Part shown: piece by piece, positions 25,801 through 39,600 of the stretch
How positions within the stretch are numbered: position 1 is the first letter of the stretch
How the letters are laid out: each line of letters opens with the position of its first letter
Origin: Podarcis tiliguerta
Taxonomy: Eukaryota
Strand: one strand, 5' to 3'
Length of the DNA stretch: 64,000 nucleotides
Assembly: GCA_965153285.1 (NCBI GenBank)
Contig: OZ229115.1
Position numbers and translations under genes: made by a program
The notes under the pieces: generated by a model
What the model was told of the DNA's origin: nothing
Seen by the model: the letters and a program-made list of their open reading frames with translations, nothing else
The model's database searches: none

Positions 25801-28800
25801 CATTGAAAACAAGAATCTGGCTCAGAAATGGTTGATGCAAGCTCAAGTCTCACCACAAGCCTGGCACTTCAGTTGGCTACTTCTCGATATGGACAAGGTG
25901 CCTGAGATCCAGTACTTTGGGGCCAGCGCCCTCCACATCAAGATTTCACGCTACTGGAATGACATCCCAGCTGACCAGTATGAAAGCCTCAAATCACAGC
26001 TCTTCAGCCAAATAACCCGTTTTGCTAGTGGTTCCAAGATTGTGCTGACCCGGCTTTGTGTGGCACTGGCTTCGTTAGCACTAAACATGATGCCAGAGGC
26101 CTGGCCATGTGCTGTTGCTGACATGGTGCGCATGTTTCAGGCAGAGGACTCTAATGTCGATGGGCGAGCACGCTGCCTGGCACTCTTAGAGCTGTTGACT
26201 GTTCTGCCTGAGGAGTTCCAAACCAGCCGCCTGCCTCAGTACCGTAAGGGGCAGGTGCGTAGCGTCTTGGCACAGGAGTGCAGTTCTGTCTTCCCCCTAC
26301 TAGAGCAATTACTACAGCAACAAGACTCTCCCAGCTTCATTAAACAGAAGGTGTTGAAGTGCTTCTCGAGCTGGGTGCAGTTAGAGATTCCCCTGATGGA
26401 GTGTGAGAACTTGATCCAGGCAGCCTTCACCTCTTTGCGTGATCCAGAACTCTTTGATACAGCTGTGGAGGCCATTGTCAATGCCATTTCCCAGCCTGAT
26501 GCTCAGAGGTAAGTGTTGGTTCCAAATTGTGGGTCAGTTGTGCAGCCTCCCCTGTAAGCTGACTGTTTCCACATGCAGCAATCAAGGGGAGAACCTGTAT
26601 GGACAGAACTTTCAATCAGCTTTCTGAACCACACTCTGATTCCAACAAAGAGGTTATAGAGTGTGCTTGTGTAGAGTTTCATATCCATGGACAGTACATA
26701 AATTCCGCAGGTCTTCTTGAAGATGGGAGGCAAGGGAGGAGATTGAGGAACTCTTGAATTGGTGCAACCATTGGCAAGCAAGCATCAACCTTTTGTGGAC
26801 TTTTTTAGTTACTACGTATCAGCCAATAAAAACAGAATTACCTAGTGCTGAAATTAAGCTAAAACCAACCAATAAGAACAGAATTACCAGAACTGAAATT
26901 AAGCTAAAACTAGTATTATTAACTTTTAAATAATCATGTGGTTGATTCTTGTGAGACAGAATTCTACCAAGCTTCAAAACCGACATTCTGTAGCCACAGC
27001 CAATCTACAAGAGCATCTGTTGGTTCTGTTCTAATTTCAACTAGGGAAGGATGTCATGCATCCTCTCGTAAGCTTCAAGAGAGTTCATGGAGTGGCCAGA
27101 CAGCTCAGCTTTGGGCCCCTACCCATTAGAGTCTTGCATTGTGTCTTCATCCAGGTCTTAAATCACCTCTCTGTTAATTCATTTGCTGTGGCTGTTGGTT
27201 GTAGTTCTTTGTCTTGTGTGATATGAAAGGTAGTCATGAATGGAGGAATTCACCTTTTTTTCTGTAGAGGTTCACTGGTGTGCATTAATTCAGTAACCCC
27301 TCTGGGCACAGTATGGAATCTAAGTGAGTAGGGGAGTTGTCCAGGACTATTGGTCGGTTTTAAAATCTGTTAATGACTAGCAGAGCTAGAATCTGTTGTG
27401 ACTACATTGGTGTGGTTCTGGGTGCAAACATAATTGGGAAGTTTCTGTCAGCAGACAGGGCCTGTGATATAGTTTGCTTCCTATCTCCTTTCATCTCTCT
27501 TTCCTTCTCTACTCCCAACACCCCTCCTTCCCTGACTGTATTTGTTCATAGTACAGATTACATCCTTGATGTCTGGGAGTGAGAGACCTTGCCCACAGGC
27601 TCATCAACAAAGCTGGTTTTGGTTTTTTTTAAGGAAATGAGTGCTGTGGTTCTTCAGGTGGCAGAACTATTCATGACAACAGATATTATAGGCTTGGAAA
27701 TGTATAACATGCTCAATTTAGATAAAAGAAAATTATAGGGAACATGATACCAGTGTTCAAATATCTAAAAGGATGGCAGAGTAAACCACTATTTACCAGT
27801 GCTGCTGGAAAAAAGAGAAACATTGGCCTTTAGTGGTAATAGAATAGACGGATTAGATTTCAAAAATACATTTTTCATAAGAATAAAGGTGCAATAGAAC
27901 AAACTCCTCAGGGTTGAAGTAGAGCAGGAGTCGGGACTTTAAACCCGGAGGCCAAATGAGACCCTCCAGGACTCTTTCTGGCCCTCAAGATGCTGCCCAG
28001 GCCAGGCCCCTTCCCCAGGCCACGCCTCTCATCAGCTGTACTCCACTCCTTCCTCAAGTGCTTTTTTTGGGCTGAAATGTGTCCTTGAACTGTGATTGAT
28101 AATGTCTCTTGCCTGGATGGGGAATGGAGAAACAGGTATGGATGTGTAAAAACCTGACTTTTGCTTAGCTGGAATGTGGTCTATTGTACCAAGTCACAGC
28201 TGTTGCTTTGTTCTCTTTTGCCTCTGACCCTATTTACTACTGGCATGCAACCTCTGGAAGGTTGCCCATGAGAGATATGGCCTTTGGGCTGAAGAGGTTT
28301 TCCCATCCCTGCTGTAATGTCTCATTCTATGCAGTTCTTATGAGAGAGCTGGATGAGCATTGGCTGTGTGTGCATGAGTTTAGATCTTAGAGTGATGATC
28401 CAATTTAGCCATACTCTTAATAGACCCATTGAAATCAGTGGACAAGCCCATTGATATCAGTGGGTTTACTCGAATGAGTATGGCTAACATTGGATAATCA
28501 CCTTTATAGTCTCTTGCATTTTCTTAGTGGTTGCCAAATTAGAATTATAAGGTCAGGTGTATAGTAAAGTAATTATTTCACTTGAATTCAAGTGTGTTGT
28601 GACACTGGGCCATATTCAACTAAACTGTTGCTCCAGCAGGAGCCAGTGCAATGACCACAATGGGACTGTTCCCTTCTCCCCCCCCCCCTCATATACCCCT
28701 GTGCCATCCCCAGATCTACTCCAAAGAGTTAGAAGAACACCCACAATGGGGCGGGGGCAGGGCGGGAGATGGTTTGTCAGACAAACATAAATTCTTGTTC

Positions 28801-31800
28801 TGATGGAACAATTCCCTTAGCACTAAGTTGATTGCAGCCTATTCAAAATGGACCAGAAAGGGAATTTGTTAATCTTCTTTAGCAGTAATATTAAATTCTG
28901 AATTATGCTTACTGCTACAAGTCACCATTTATTTAAACTCAGTCTGCTGAATGACTTAAAAACCACTAGCAAGGACTAATTTAGATGTGTCCTAGTTACA
29001 TGATTTGAGGTGGTTCAGCCACTACTAGCTACACCAAAGTGGTGCATACAGGAAGACAAATACCCCCAACAACCTTATGCTTACCATGAGGAACCAGCAA
29101 TGTCTTGCTGGTCCTGATTATGGAGATCACACATACACAGATGTAGTTGCTGTGTAATGACAACAGGGAGCATGCTTTAGTACCAGGAAAAATATACAAG
29201 GTAGTCATATCACTCACATTTCATTGAAATCACTTAGGAGGTATCTACACATTTTGCTCATAGAGACTTTTTTTTAATGAAAGCTGAGTCTAGGGCACCT
29301 GCCCAGTGGCACCACTGGAAGCCTTCATAGGTGCCATGTTGCCTGTAGCAACCACTACATGGGAGAGGATCTTTTTGTGGTGGCTCTGCACTTCTGGAAT
29401 ATTTCCTTGTCATGGTTCATAAATCATCAACCCTATAAGCAATTACGAGAGCACTAAAAGGCAATCTGTTCTCACTGGCCTTTGCTTAAGACTGTGTTTT
29501 GCTTCATGCTATAGCTGGTGATTTTGGACTGTATTTTATGATTTCATAGAATCATACAAGTGTAGAGTTAGAAGGCACCCGGAAGATCATCTAGTTCAAC
29601 CCCCTGCAATCCAGGAATCTCAACTGAAGCATCCATGACATATGACCATCCAGTTTCTGCTTAAAAACCTTCAGTGAAGGAAAGTCTACCACCTTCCAAG
29701 GGAGTCTGTTTAGCTTTGGGTTGCCTGAATGTTCATTATTTTTTAACTAGACTGGCTTTTCTGAAGCATTCTTATCATGGTTGCATTGTGCCTTGAGAGG
29801 GTTTTTGTCCTTAAAGGTGGTCTAAAAATATTATAATTCTCCCTGTCTCCCCAAAAAAACAAGAGCTTAAGCAAGGTCAAAAGAAACTTAAAACACATCA
29901 CTAGTAAATATACCATAACTGTGCGTTTCAGGGATCAGAATACAGGCCACTCACTCTCAGTCGGTCAGTCTTTAATGTTTTAACCATAGGTTACAACAGA
30001 AGCACTCGCTACCTTAGGGAATAAGTAAACTTGTATGTAGAAGCCCAGAATGATAGACACTGGGTGCCATTAGGTGGCCACAAGGAAAAATGTGACATAG
30101 AGACTAGTTTGAAAATGGGTGGCAGCAGGGCAAGATAGTGGTTGCATAAGCTTTGTAGGGAGGGAGCAACAAGGGTTGTGTGTGTGCATTCAGTGCCATT
30201 GTTTTCACTAGAGATCAGTGAGGAATGAGAGGAAGTTGAATAGCAATATGATTCTGGCTGGATCAACAGGATTAAGCTCTGTTTCTCCTTTCAGTCTCTG
30301 TTGCTCTTAAGAATCTTCCTTGACCTCTCTGAGTGTGCTGCTGCCCCCTCCCCCCATTGCATTGTCTGTGGATGCTTGCTGGCAGCCTTGATGCACATGC
30401 TTTTCTGTTGTCGGCGACCACTGGAGCTGGCGCACTTCCCCTCCTCCACCCACTTCAGTTTTTGCACACAGCAATGCAGAACTGGATTCATTTGAGTTGC
30501 CCCTCTGGGCATAAATGCTGCCTTCTTCCTCACCTCCTTCCTATGTTTGCAGCTTATTGAGCAGCCTGATCTCTCTACCCCAGGCTTCTAAACACCAGTG
30601 ACATGACCACATACTTTTCCCTTTGCAGGATATTATATGCCTAGTGACTGTGGGGAGATGGGCATCTGTCTACTCGCTTAGGCTGCTTTCAAACCAAAAC
30701 CAGGCATTCCATGATATGTCCCAAGTAAATTGATATGAGGGTGGTCCTAATTGTCCTGAGAGCTTAAAAAATGATAGAGGAATTGGGTCTCCAGTGCAGA
30801 ACTCAGCCTTGAAGGTGATGCTAGCATATGGATGGCCTTTGAACTGTTTAGTGCTGCATGCATGCACATTGGTGTGTTCTTCCACCTGTATCTGTGGGCT
30901 GCCTGTGCGGTGGGGGCAGGCATGCGAGTGCAGAATAACTGTGTCTCCAGATAATATGCCTCAGTAGCCAGGTAACTGACAGCTGGCCGATTAGCCGCCA
31001 GCACAGCCTCTCTCTGGGGGCCATCCTTTGCTCTTCCCCTCCATTTCCTCTGTGCTTGTTGTCATGGTTACAATCACTTATTGGCAGCAGCAGGGAGATT
31101 GACAGGCATGAAATTGCTTATATGGTGCTGGAATACTGCTGTGCACGGGGAGGCAGTAGCTGCCTGGATGCCCCCAGGAGACCACTGTATGAGCATTGTA
31201 CTTTTGATTTTAGGAAATGGATATTCAAGGGTCTTGACTCTTTCAGCCTCCCCCCTCCCCTTTACCAACAGATTCTTCAGATGGAATAAATTCTGTGAAT
31301 GGCATACAGCTTTAGATTTGTATTCCATTTCAGAATATGTTTCATCCTGAATGCATGAAAATGTTGACTTTGTGAAATGTTGTGGGGTAATGGAACTATA
31401 CAGAAGGAAGGACAAGCACTGAGCACTGTGAGTAGACCAGGGAAGCCAGAACAGGGAAACCATATGCAGATTATTTTTCCCTGAAGTTTGAGCAGAACAC
31501 ACTCATCCTTAAAATCTGAGTTCAGAGTTCAGATTTTAAATTCACCTGTAGCTGGTAAATTCCAGAAGAGTAGTGATGTTGAGTTTTTGCACCAAAAACC
31601 AAAGTCCTTTACATTTATGTATTGGTTGAGGTTTAAGGGCCATATCTCAGTGGCAGAGCATCTGCCTTGCATAAGAGGGAGATAAAGAACTACAGAACTT
31701 TTAAAAGACATCTGAAGGCAGCCCTGTATTGGGAAGTTTTTAATGTTTAATGTTTTACAATATTTTATATGTGCTGGAAGCCGCCCAGTGGCTGGGGTAT

Positions 31801-33607
31801 AAATAATAAAATTATTGTTGTTATCAAGAAGGTCCCAGGTTCAATCCCTGACATTTCCAGCTAGAGCCAGAAATGTCTCCTTGCTCAAACCTTCGAGAGC
31901 TGCTGCCAGTCAGTGTAGACAGTACTGAGCTAGATGGGCCAGTGGTCTGACTCGGTATGAGGCAGTTTCCTATGTTCCTGCGTGTGCAATTGGGCCTGTG
32001 CGTGTATGGGCACCCACCTCATATATTAAGTGGTATGTGTGGTGAGAGGGAAATGCACAGCTGCATCTCCACCAGAGTTATATTTTTTGATCCTGGTATC
32101 TAGTGTATGCTCATTATTTTAAGTGTTTGGATAACCCTCACAAAGCAGTTTGTATAAATCATTAAAAATAACATGCTTCAATTAAAGTACAATGACAATG
32201 AACATAAACAGCAGGGGAAAAACAAAAGCCAGATAAAACCATCATTTGAGACTAAAAGACACTAAAGTGTATGGCTGAATGAAAAGATCCTCATTTGGTA
32301 TGGAAAGTAAGTAGAATTAGCACCAGGCGGACCTCCTGGGGAGAGCGTTGCAGAGACAGGGCATCACAGTAGAAAAAGCCCCATTGTGCATCACCATCCA
32401 TCTTGCTTCAGATGGGGAAGGGCACAAAAAGCCTCAGAGGATCTTAAAACCCTGGCTGGTTCATGTGGGAGGAAGTAGTTACTGAGGTATCTTCATCCCA
32501 AGCTGTTTAGATCTTTAAATAGCACAGTGAATTTGCTCTGGAAATCAATGCAGGAGCCAGTGCAGTTGTTTTAAGACTGGCAAGATGTGTTCCATATATC
32601 TCATCCCAAGTAGTGCAAAATATGGCAACTAGGTTACTAACTGACTTCCAAACTCTTCAAGGTCAGCCCTATATACAATACATTGCAATAATCTGAATGG
32701 GATTTTCCTGGAGCATGAATAATTGTGGTTAGCTTGATTGTACCAGCCTAGAGTAGTAAAAGGCATTTCGTACCGCTGAGGTTACTTGGGCATCCAGAAG
32801 TAAGGCTAGATCTCATAGTACCTCCAGACTGTGTATCCAATCTACTAAGGCAGGCAAACCACCTACCAATAGAACTTGTCATGATTGAGCTTCAGGACAT
32901 TGGTCCTCATGCAGCCAATTACTGGTTCCAGGCACAAATTCAGCACTTTTAAAGGCCACAGCACCAGCTGAATTAGAAGGAAAAATGATAGAGGTGGGTG
33001 TCAAGTGCGCCCTAAATTCTCAAATCTCACTCAGTAGTTTCATGTAGATCAGAGATAGAGAACACATGACCTTCCTGATGTTGGTGGACTCCCAACTCCC
33101 ATCAGTCCCAGCCAGTGTGTGTAATAGCCAGGGATGATGGGAGCTGTACTTCAACATCTGGAGAACCACTGGTTCCCCATTCCCAAATAGATGTTGGTAT
33201 AACATGGGAAGGGCAGACTAGCGTTGTGTGGAACAACATAGCATGACTGTCATGGGTCACAGCAACAGTCCAGCACCACGACCTTCTAGAACTGATGATT
33301 CAGGTTGGTATGGGATCGCCAAAGTGTGGTTCCCCTGTTCTCCCCCAGTGCAGCCAATGTAGAAGGATAGCAATGTCAATAGTATTGAAAGTCATGAGGT
33401 GTATAGTTGAATTAGCAGGGTCTCATTCCCTTGGCATAGGTCACCCATAAGGGAGACTAAGACAGTTTCAGTTCCAAAACCAAGCTGGAAACTAATTTGA
33501 AATGGCCTCAGAAAATTAATGTTGCTCTGGGGAGCTCCAGCCCTTTTCAGCACCCTATTTTCTAGGTTATAGCATGTGCCCTAAACAGTTACTCTTCTAG
33601 CATGCAG

Positions 33608-33656
<49 letters not shown>

Positions 33657-36600
33657 TCATCATCATCACCACCAGAATCATGCTAGAACATAACAAAGTA
33701 GACTGAGTTGTGAAGCCTACCTCTCACAACATTGTTATCAAGGCCTCTTTCACTTGTTCAACCTTCATGAGATATGTTCTGTCATCTGCCTACAAATCTG
33801 TATCTGTTATTAGTCTTTAAAGTGCTACAGGACTCTTCATCATGAAAGTTCTAGGTATGTTCTCTCAGCAGTGTTTGTTAGCTTACAAGACCTGTAGATC
33901 AGGAATTTTGAAAGGTTTGTTGTGGAAGAGAAGGCCATTTAATGTAAGTTATCAATATTCTGTGCCAGGAAGAATAATTTAAGAGGTATAGCAAATCTCA
34001 TATCTGAAAAATTTCACTTCCAAGAGGCAAAATGGGGATTGATGTGTTGGTTAATGTGACAGTAGTTTGCATGCGACAAGCCTAGAGATAACAAAATATA
34101 CTCTTTACAGTTGGCTTGGGTTTCCTGACTGATGTTGGCACTTTCAGAGTTGTGGAGGAGGGGTCTGTGTAAGATGCCCTTGGTGTTTGGGGCTTTTATA
34201 TTTAGATAAAAGACAAGAAGAGGATGATAGAGCTTCAAAAAAATCTTGAGTTATGTGGTGGAGAATTCTTTTCTTCCTCCCAACACTCAGGGTCACTCAC
34301 TATTGATTGGGAAATTGAGGATAGACAAAAAGAAAATAGTTCTTCACACAGTGCACAACTAACTTGTGGAATTCACTGGTGCAAGAGATAAGCCACTTTA
34401 TGAAAGGTCAGTAGCAATAGTATTTACAGAAACTCCAGGTTCACAGATTATATAACTGAGTACAGTTGCTGCAGAGCAAATTGCAGGACAGGACTGTTAC
34501 CTTCATCCCTTGCTTACGAGCTTCCTGAAGCATCTGGTTGGGCAGCATGGGGAACGGAAGGCTGGACAAAACTGATATCTGGCTTGATTCAGCAGGAGTC
34601 ATCTTACATTTGTGATTGACGGTTCATTATTTTAGGAGGCTATATAGGCATAAAGCCTCCCATCTCCTCTCTCCCTTGGCAGGTATGTGAATACTCTTCT
34701 GAAGCTCATCCCACCTGTTCTGGGACTCCAGGAACAACTACGTCAAGCAGTTCAGAGCAGGGATATGGAGACATCTCATGGGATCTGCCGCATTGCTGTT
34801 GCCCTGGGGGAGAATCATTCCCGGTGAGGAGAATGGTGATGGAACCTGATAGCAATGATCAGTAGAAAATGGAGCTATTTTGGGGAGTGTTCCCTCTGCC
34901 CCACTAGCTTTCTTTGTAGCTAAGCAGCCTATAAGTCTCCCAAACCTCATTCTAAAGCAGCTCAAAGATCCAAAGGGTCATATCTGTGCATGATAGCAGA
35001 GATACTATACCAAGTGTGGCCAAACTTGGCCCTCCAGCTGTTTTGGGACTACAGTTCCCATCATCCCTGACCACTGGTCCTGTTAGCTAGGGATAATGGG
35101 AGTTGTAGTCCTAAAACAGCTGGAAGGCTGAGTTTGAGGATGCCTGCTGTAGAGGGTATAGCGCACTGATATACTGTACTGTATTATCCCAAATGTGGGG
35201 TGACTGCTGTTTCTATGCACCTGCAATGGCAGAGCCAGTTCCTGATGCAGTGTGCTTACTATCTCCCACAGAGCTCTCTTGGACCAAGTGGACCACTGGC
35301 AGAGCTTCCTAGCACTGGTTAACATGATCATGTTCTGCACTGGGATCCCAGGACACTATCCTGTCAATGAGACCACGAGTTCACTTACACTCACTTTCTG
35401 GTATACACTTCAGGTAAGTGTTAGCCACCTTCATGAAGTGGACTTCTTCAGTGTTATCTTTATAGGTTTGTTCTCTGGCTTGTACTTTGGTTCGTGCCAG
35501 GCATGTTCTTGTACTAGTGGTTCTGCATGCCTCTACATGAAAAAGTTGGCAAGGCTAATAGCTAGCACATTAAAGTTGTTTATGACGATTACACTAATTG
35601 TTCTGCATATGCAACCACTTGTCATGTAGATTGTATAGATATTGGCTCTGGATTGAGTATAATGGAATGCTCTGGAATTGTCCACTAGAAGCTCTGAGGC
35701 CAAACTTGATGTATGCTCTGTGCTTAATAGAGTGGAAATTCTTGCATTCTTGCACACATATATTGAAGGCCAGAGTGAGTGACAAGGATGTATAGTAATT
35801 CTGCTTACTGCATAAACATGGTGTATAAACATGGTTGTGTTCCAGTAATATGTTCTGTGGCAACAGAGAAGATGCTCAGATATACCCGTGAGCCTTAAAT
35901 TCCCTTTAGGTGCTGCTGGTATTTATTTGCAGCTCAGACTCCACCATCTTCGAGAAGTGTGTAAACTAAACACCTCATTACATGAATCAAATTATTCGCT
36001 ATGAGGTAGATTTATCATCTTCCTCTCTTTCTGCTAGAGAACAACTTGACTGTGAGTACCCTCTTTTGACAGGAAGAGAGCTCCATTTAGTTTGCTGTCT
36101 AGTGGTGGCAAGGTGTTTCTTTACTAGAGTAACGCATAGTGCATCAGTGGCCTTATTGGAAGAGCCTTACAGATAATAGCTCTTTTCAGCTATGGAAGAA
36201 GACCAAGTTTGTTCTCTGTCTTGACAGGCAAAGTGCTGCTATTCCCAGTTGCAAGCACAATTAATGCAGATGCAGATTTGTCTGTTGTGGTGTATGCTTG
36301 CTGCTATGCTGAGACACAGTCCTTGAAGCAGTGCAGCCTGGTCTGACTTGCCCTCCCCACCCCCACACTTCCTTGGAGCCCAGAAGCTTCATTAGCATGG
36401 CAAATTAGCCTGACATACTCCTGCACTGCCCAAGAGCAAGGCTAGCTGTTGAGCTGCTGCTTCTCTGGGTGCCAGCTTGAAATGAGATGAGGTCATGCAT
36501 TGTCTCAGTGTGTGACTGGCGCAGTACTTGAGTCCACAGGCACATCGTTCCTAATGAAGGGAACAAAACTGAAGCAGCATCTTTTATAGGCTGCTCAAGA

Positions 36601-39600
36601 ACAGAGAGACAGCAGAAGACTTTTTCTGCATGGTCTAACCCACACCAGTACACACCTTTGCAGTTTCCAGTGGGTTCCCAAAACCTTTGGTAATTTTGTG
36701 CCAGGCAACCCAGGATCATCCTTTTCTATTTCCTTCATAAGCTCTGCCTAGTGTGAGAATCTTGAATCAGAGGTTTAGTGAAGCTCCAGGATTGTATTCA
36801 GTGACCTAGAATCCCTTCTTACTTTTCTTTTCTATACATCTGTTTTTGCATCAGCCTAGTTTATAAGGTAACCTTGTCCATGCCAGCCTTGAGCAGCATA
36901 GCAATACCCAGCTTTCTTCTTGGAGCAGACATTGCTATACTGTAGGGGGTGGATTTATTTCTTACCTGGCTAAAACTGTCTCTAAAAGAAAGAACAAGGT
37001 GTTGGTCACTAAAAGTAGAAGAAAGCAGACGTGGTCAGCTGCTTTACCAGCCTGTGATGGCTTCTGTGCTTGTCTAGTTGGTGTCAATGTGTTGAGAAGG
37101 AATGATACTACAGAGAGAGTGACCTGACAAAGTATTATGTAGAACTGTTCCTAGAAGCTAGGAAGGATCTTAGATGCATTAAGGAGAATATTTGAGTGGA
37201 GTAACTTGACTCTAAAATGTCATTTCTGGGTTTCCCATATAGAGATTCAACAGCAATGAGAGGTGACCCCCCCCCCCATCACATCAAAATGCTTGGGGGA
37301 CTGATTGTGTTAACATCAACATGATTGCTGGAGTTCAGGGCTGATTTTTCCAATCTCCACTTGATGAATGGTCTTTTTCTTTGCAGGATGACATCCTCTC
37401 TTTTGATCCAGAAAAGCAGGCCATGTATCAGCAAGTGTATCGGCCTGTCTATTTCCAGCTGGTGGATGTGCTCCTGCACAAGGCACAGTTTCCCTCTGAT
37501 GAAGAGTACAGCTCCTGGTCCTCTGATGAAAAGGAGCAATTTCGGATATACCGGTATGACCTTTTGCCTAATCATATCCCTTAGCATTCAGTTGGTGTGC
37601 AGTGCTTATAATCTGCAGAAGAGGAAGTTGATCATGCTTCATTAATGGGAGTAAACATTGAACTTGCCCTGATTTGGCTGTGGGCTATAACTGTTTCAGC
37701 ATTTTCTATCTAGCTGCTATTTGGTAATGTGGGAGTGTTTTGTAACTCTTTTTTTTCTATTACTCATTTGCTCATTTCCTCAGAGTGGACATCTCTGACA
37801 CCTTGATGTATGTGTATGAAATGCTTGGAGCAGAGCTGCTGAGCAGCTTATATGACAAACTAGGTCGCCTCTTGACCAACACAGAGCAGCCATCCTCATG
37901 GCAGGTGAGTGGAGAGCTCCACCCTAAAATGGAACACCAAGCTAGAGGAATGCAGCAAGCACAGAGGCTGAATATGCTGCAGATTTTTAAGAAAGGATGG
38001 TACTAGTCCTGGTTAGACCTGGGGAGAGAGCATTGTGGAAGAGAGGTGCTAAGGTAAAGTGAAGGTGCAGAGTGTCTTGGTTAGAAGAACCATCTGTTAA
38101 ATCTCAGAGCAGCATGTGTGGAAGGGCAATGCAAAGTCACAAAGCTCCAAAAAGTTGTTAGAAGTGTTGAATGGGTCTGAAATGTGTAAACCTCTTCCTT
38201 GTAGTGTACGGCTGAGTTGGTGGTTTATAAAATTGGGACTGAAGGATTGCTTCGATGTCCCAACTTCCAGCTTGCTGATTTCTCTCCTAGTGTAAGACAC
38301 TGCTGGTGGTTTTTGCAATCATTCTGGCACACCTCCCATCACTGTGTGGCAGCAACCAAATTATGCAAGATACCTGACAGCAGGATTGCGGACTCAACAA
38401 ATGCATGCTCAATTACATCTATTTCCCTTATCATAGGGTTTGTGTTACCACATGTTTTTATCACTAGTCTACAAGTTAGGTTTCTGTACTGGGAAAACTG
38501 AGGAGTGTAGTTGTCCCACTACCTCCAGTGTTACAAAGAAAATATGCCTTTACAGTTTGCTGAAAGATGCTGAAAGATTCTTTGATATGTCTCCTGTGCC
38601 ATGATGGGTGGTAATGCCAGGCTAGAGGTCTCTGTGTGGCAGCTAATCAGAATGTATCTGTTCACCTTGGCATGTTGACAGTGTGTTACTGGCACAGCAA
38701 ACAGTGATGGGCGTCAAGGACCAGTGACCGCAGGAGCTCCTCGTTCATCAATGTGACAGCCAAGCAAAAACCCAGCCTAGCCATGATTTACAGTCCACGC
38801 ACCTGGAAGACTTAAGACAGTAGCAAACATACCAGCACTCCAGCATACTAAGTATGCAGCCTCAGCAGTCCATATCTTGCTAGAATAGCCCTTGGTGAGA
38901 GGGAGCATGGATGTAGGTGTATCCTGCCTCCTCTTGCGGGTGCAGGAAGGGGAGAGACTACACAATGAGCTCATCCACACTTGCACTTGCCCCGCCCCTT
39001 TCTCCCCAGGAAACCCACTTTTTACTGCTGAATCAGAGCAAACGCCAATCGATTTTTCTGCAGACTGGTGTTTGTTCTCATGGAAAGTGGTGAGACAAAT
39101 AGGACAAGTGGAAAACCTCTTGGACCCATGCTTTCAAGGTATGGGACAAGTGGAAGTGTGGGTGAGCCCTGTGTGTTATATAGCCCAGCGGTTTCAGGAT
39201 GTCTAGTTGGGGTTGCACTGAAGGATAGCAGGTGCTTTATGTTGCTGGGGAAAGGGGTTCCTTGACCTGAATAATTTGACTCACTAGATACGATGCCCCT
39301 GCAGTAAGCTTACTGGTGAAATAATTATTATTGTGCTACTAAGTGTAAAGGATCAACAACTCATCATAACTTTTTATGGAAGTTAGCCCTGCATGTTTTT
39401 TGTAAAAATGAAATCTAGGTTGGGGACTTTTTCAACATACTGTGTCTCTGCCTTCATTACCTTCAAGTTTGATTAAATAAATTTAAAATATTTATATATC
39501 ACTGTTCATTTGGGTAGTGGTGTTTGAACCACCCTTTGTAAAATTCAGCACCAACATGCAGTCCATGTTGCAAATCGGATGAAGGGAGGTATATACATTT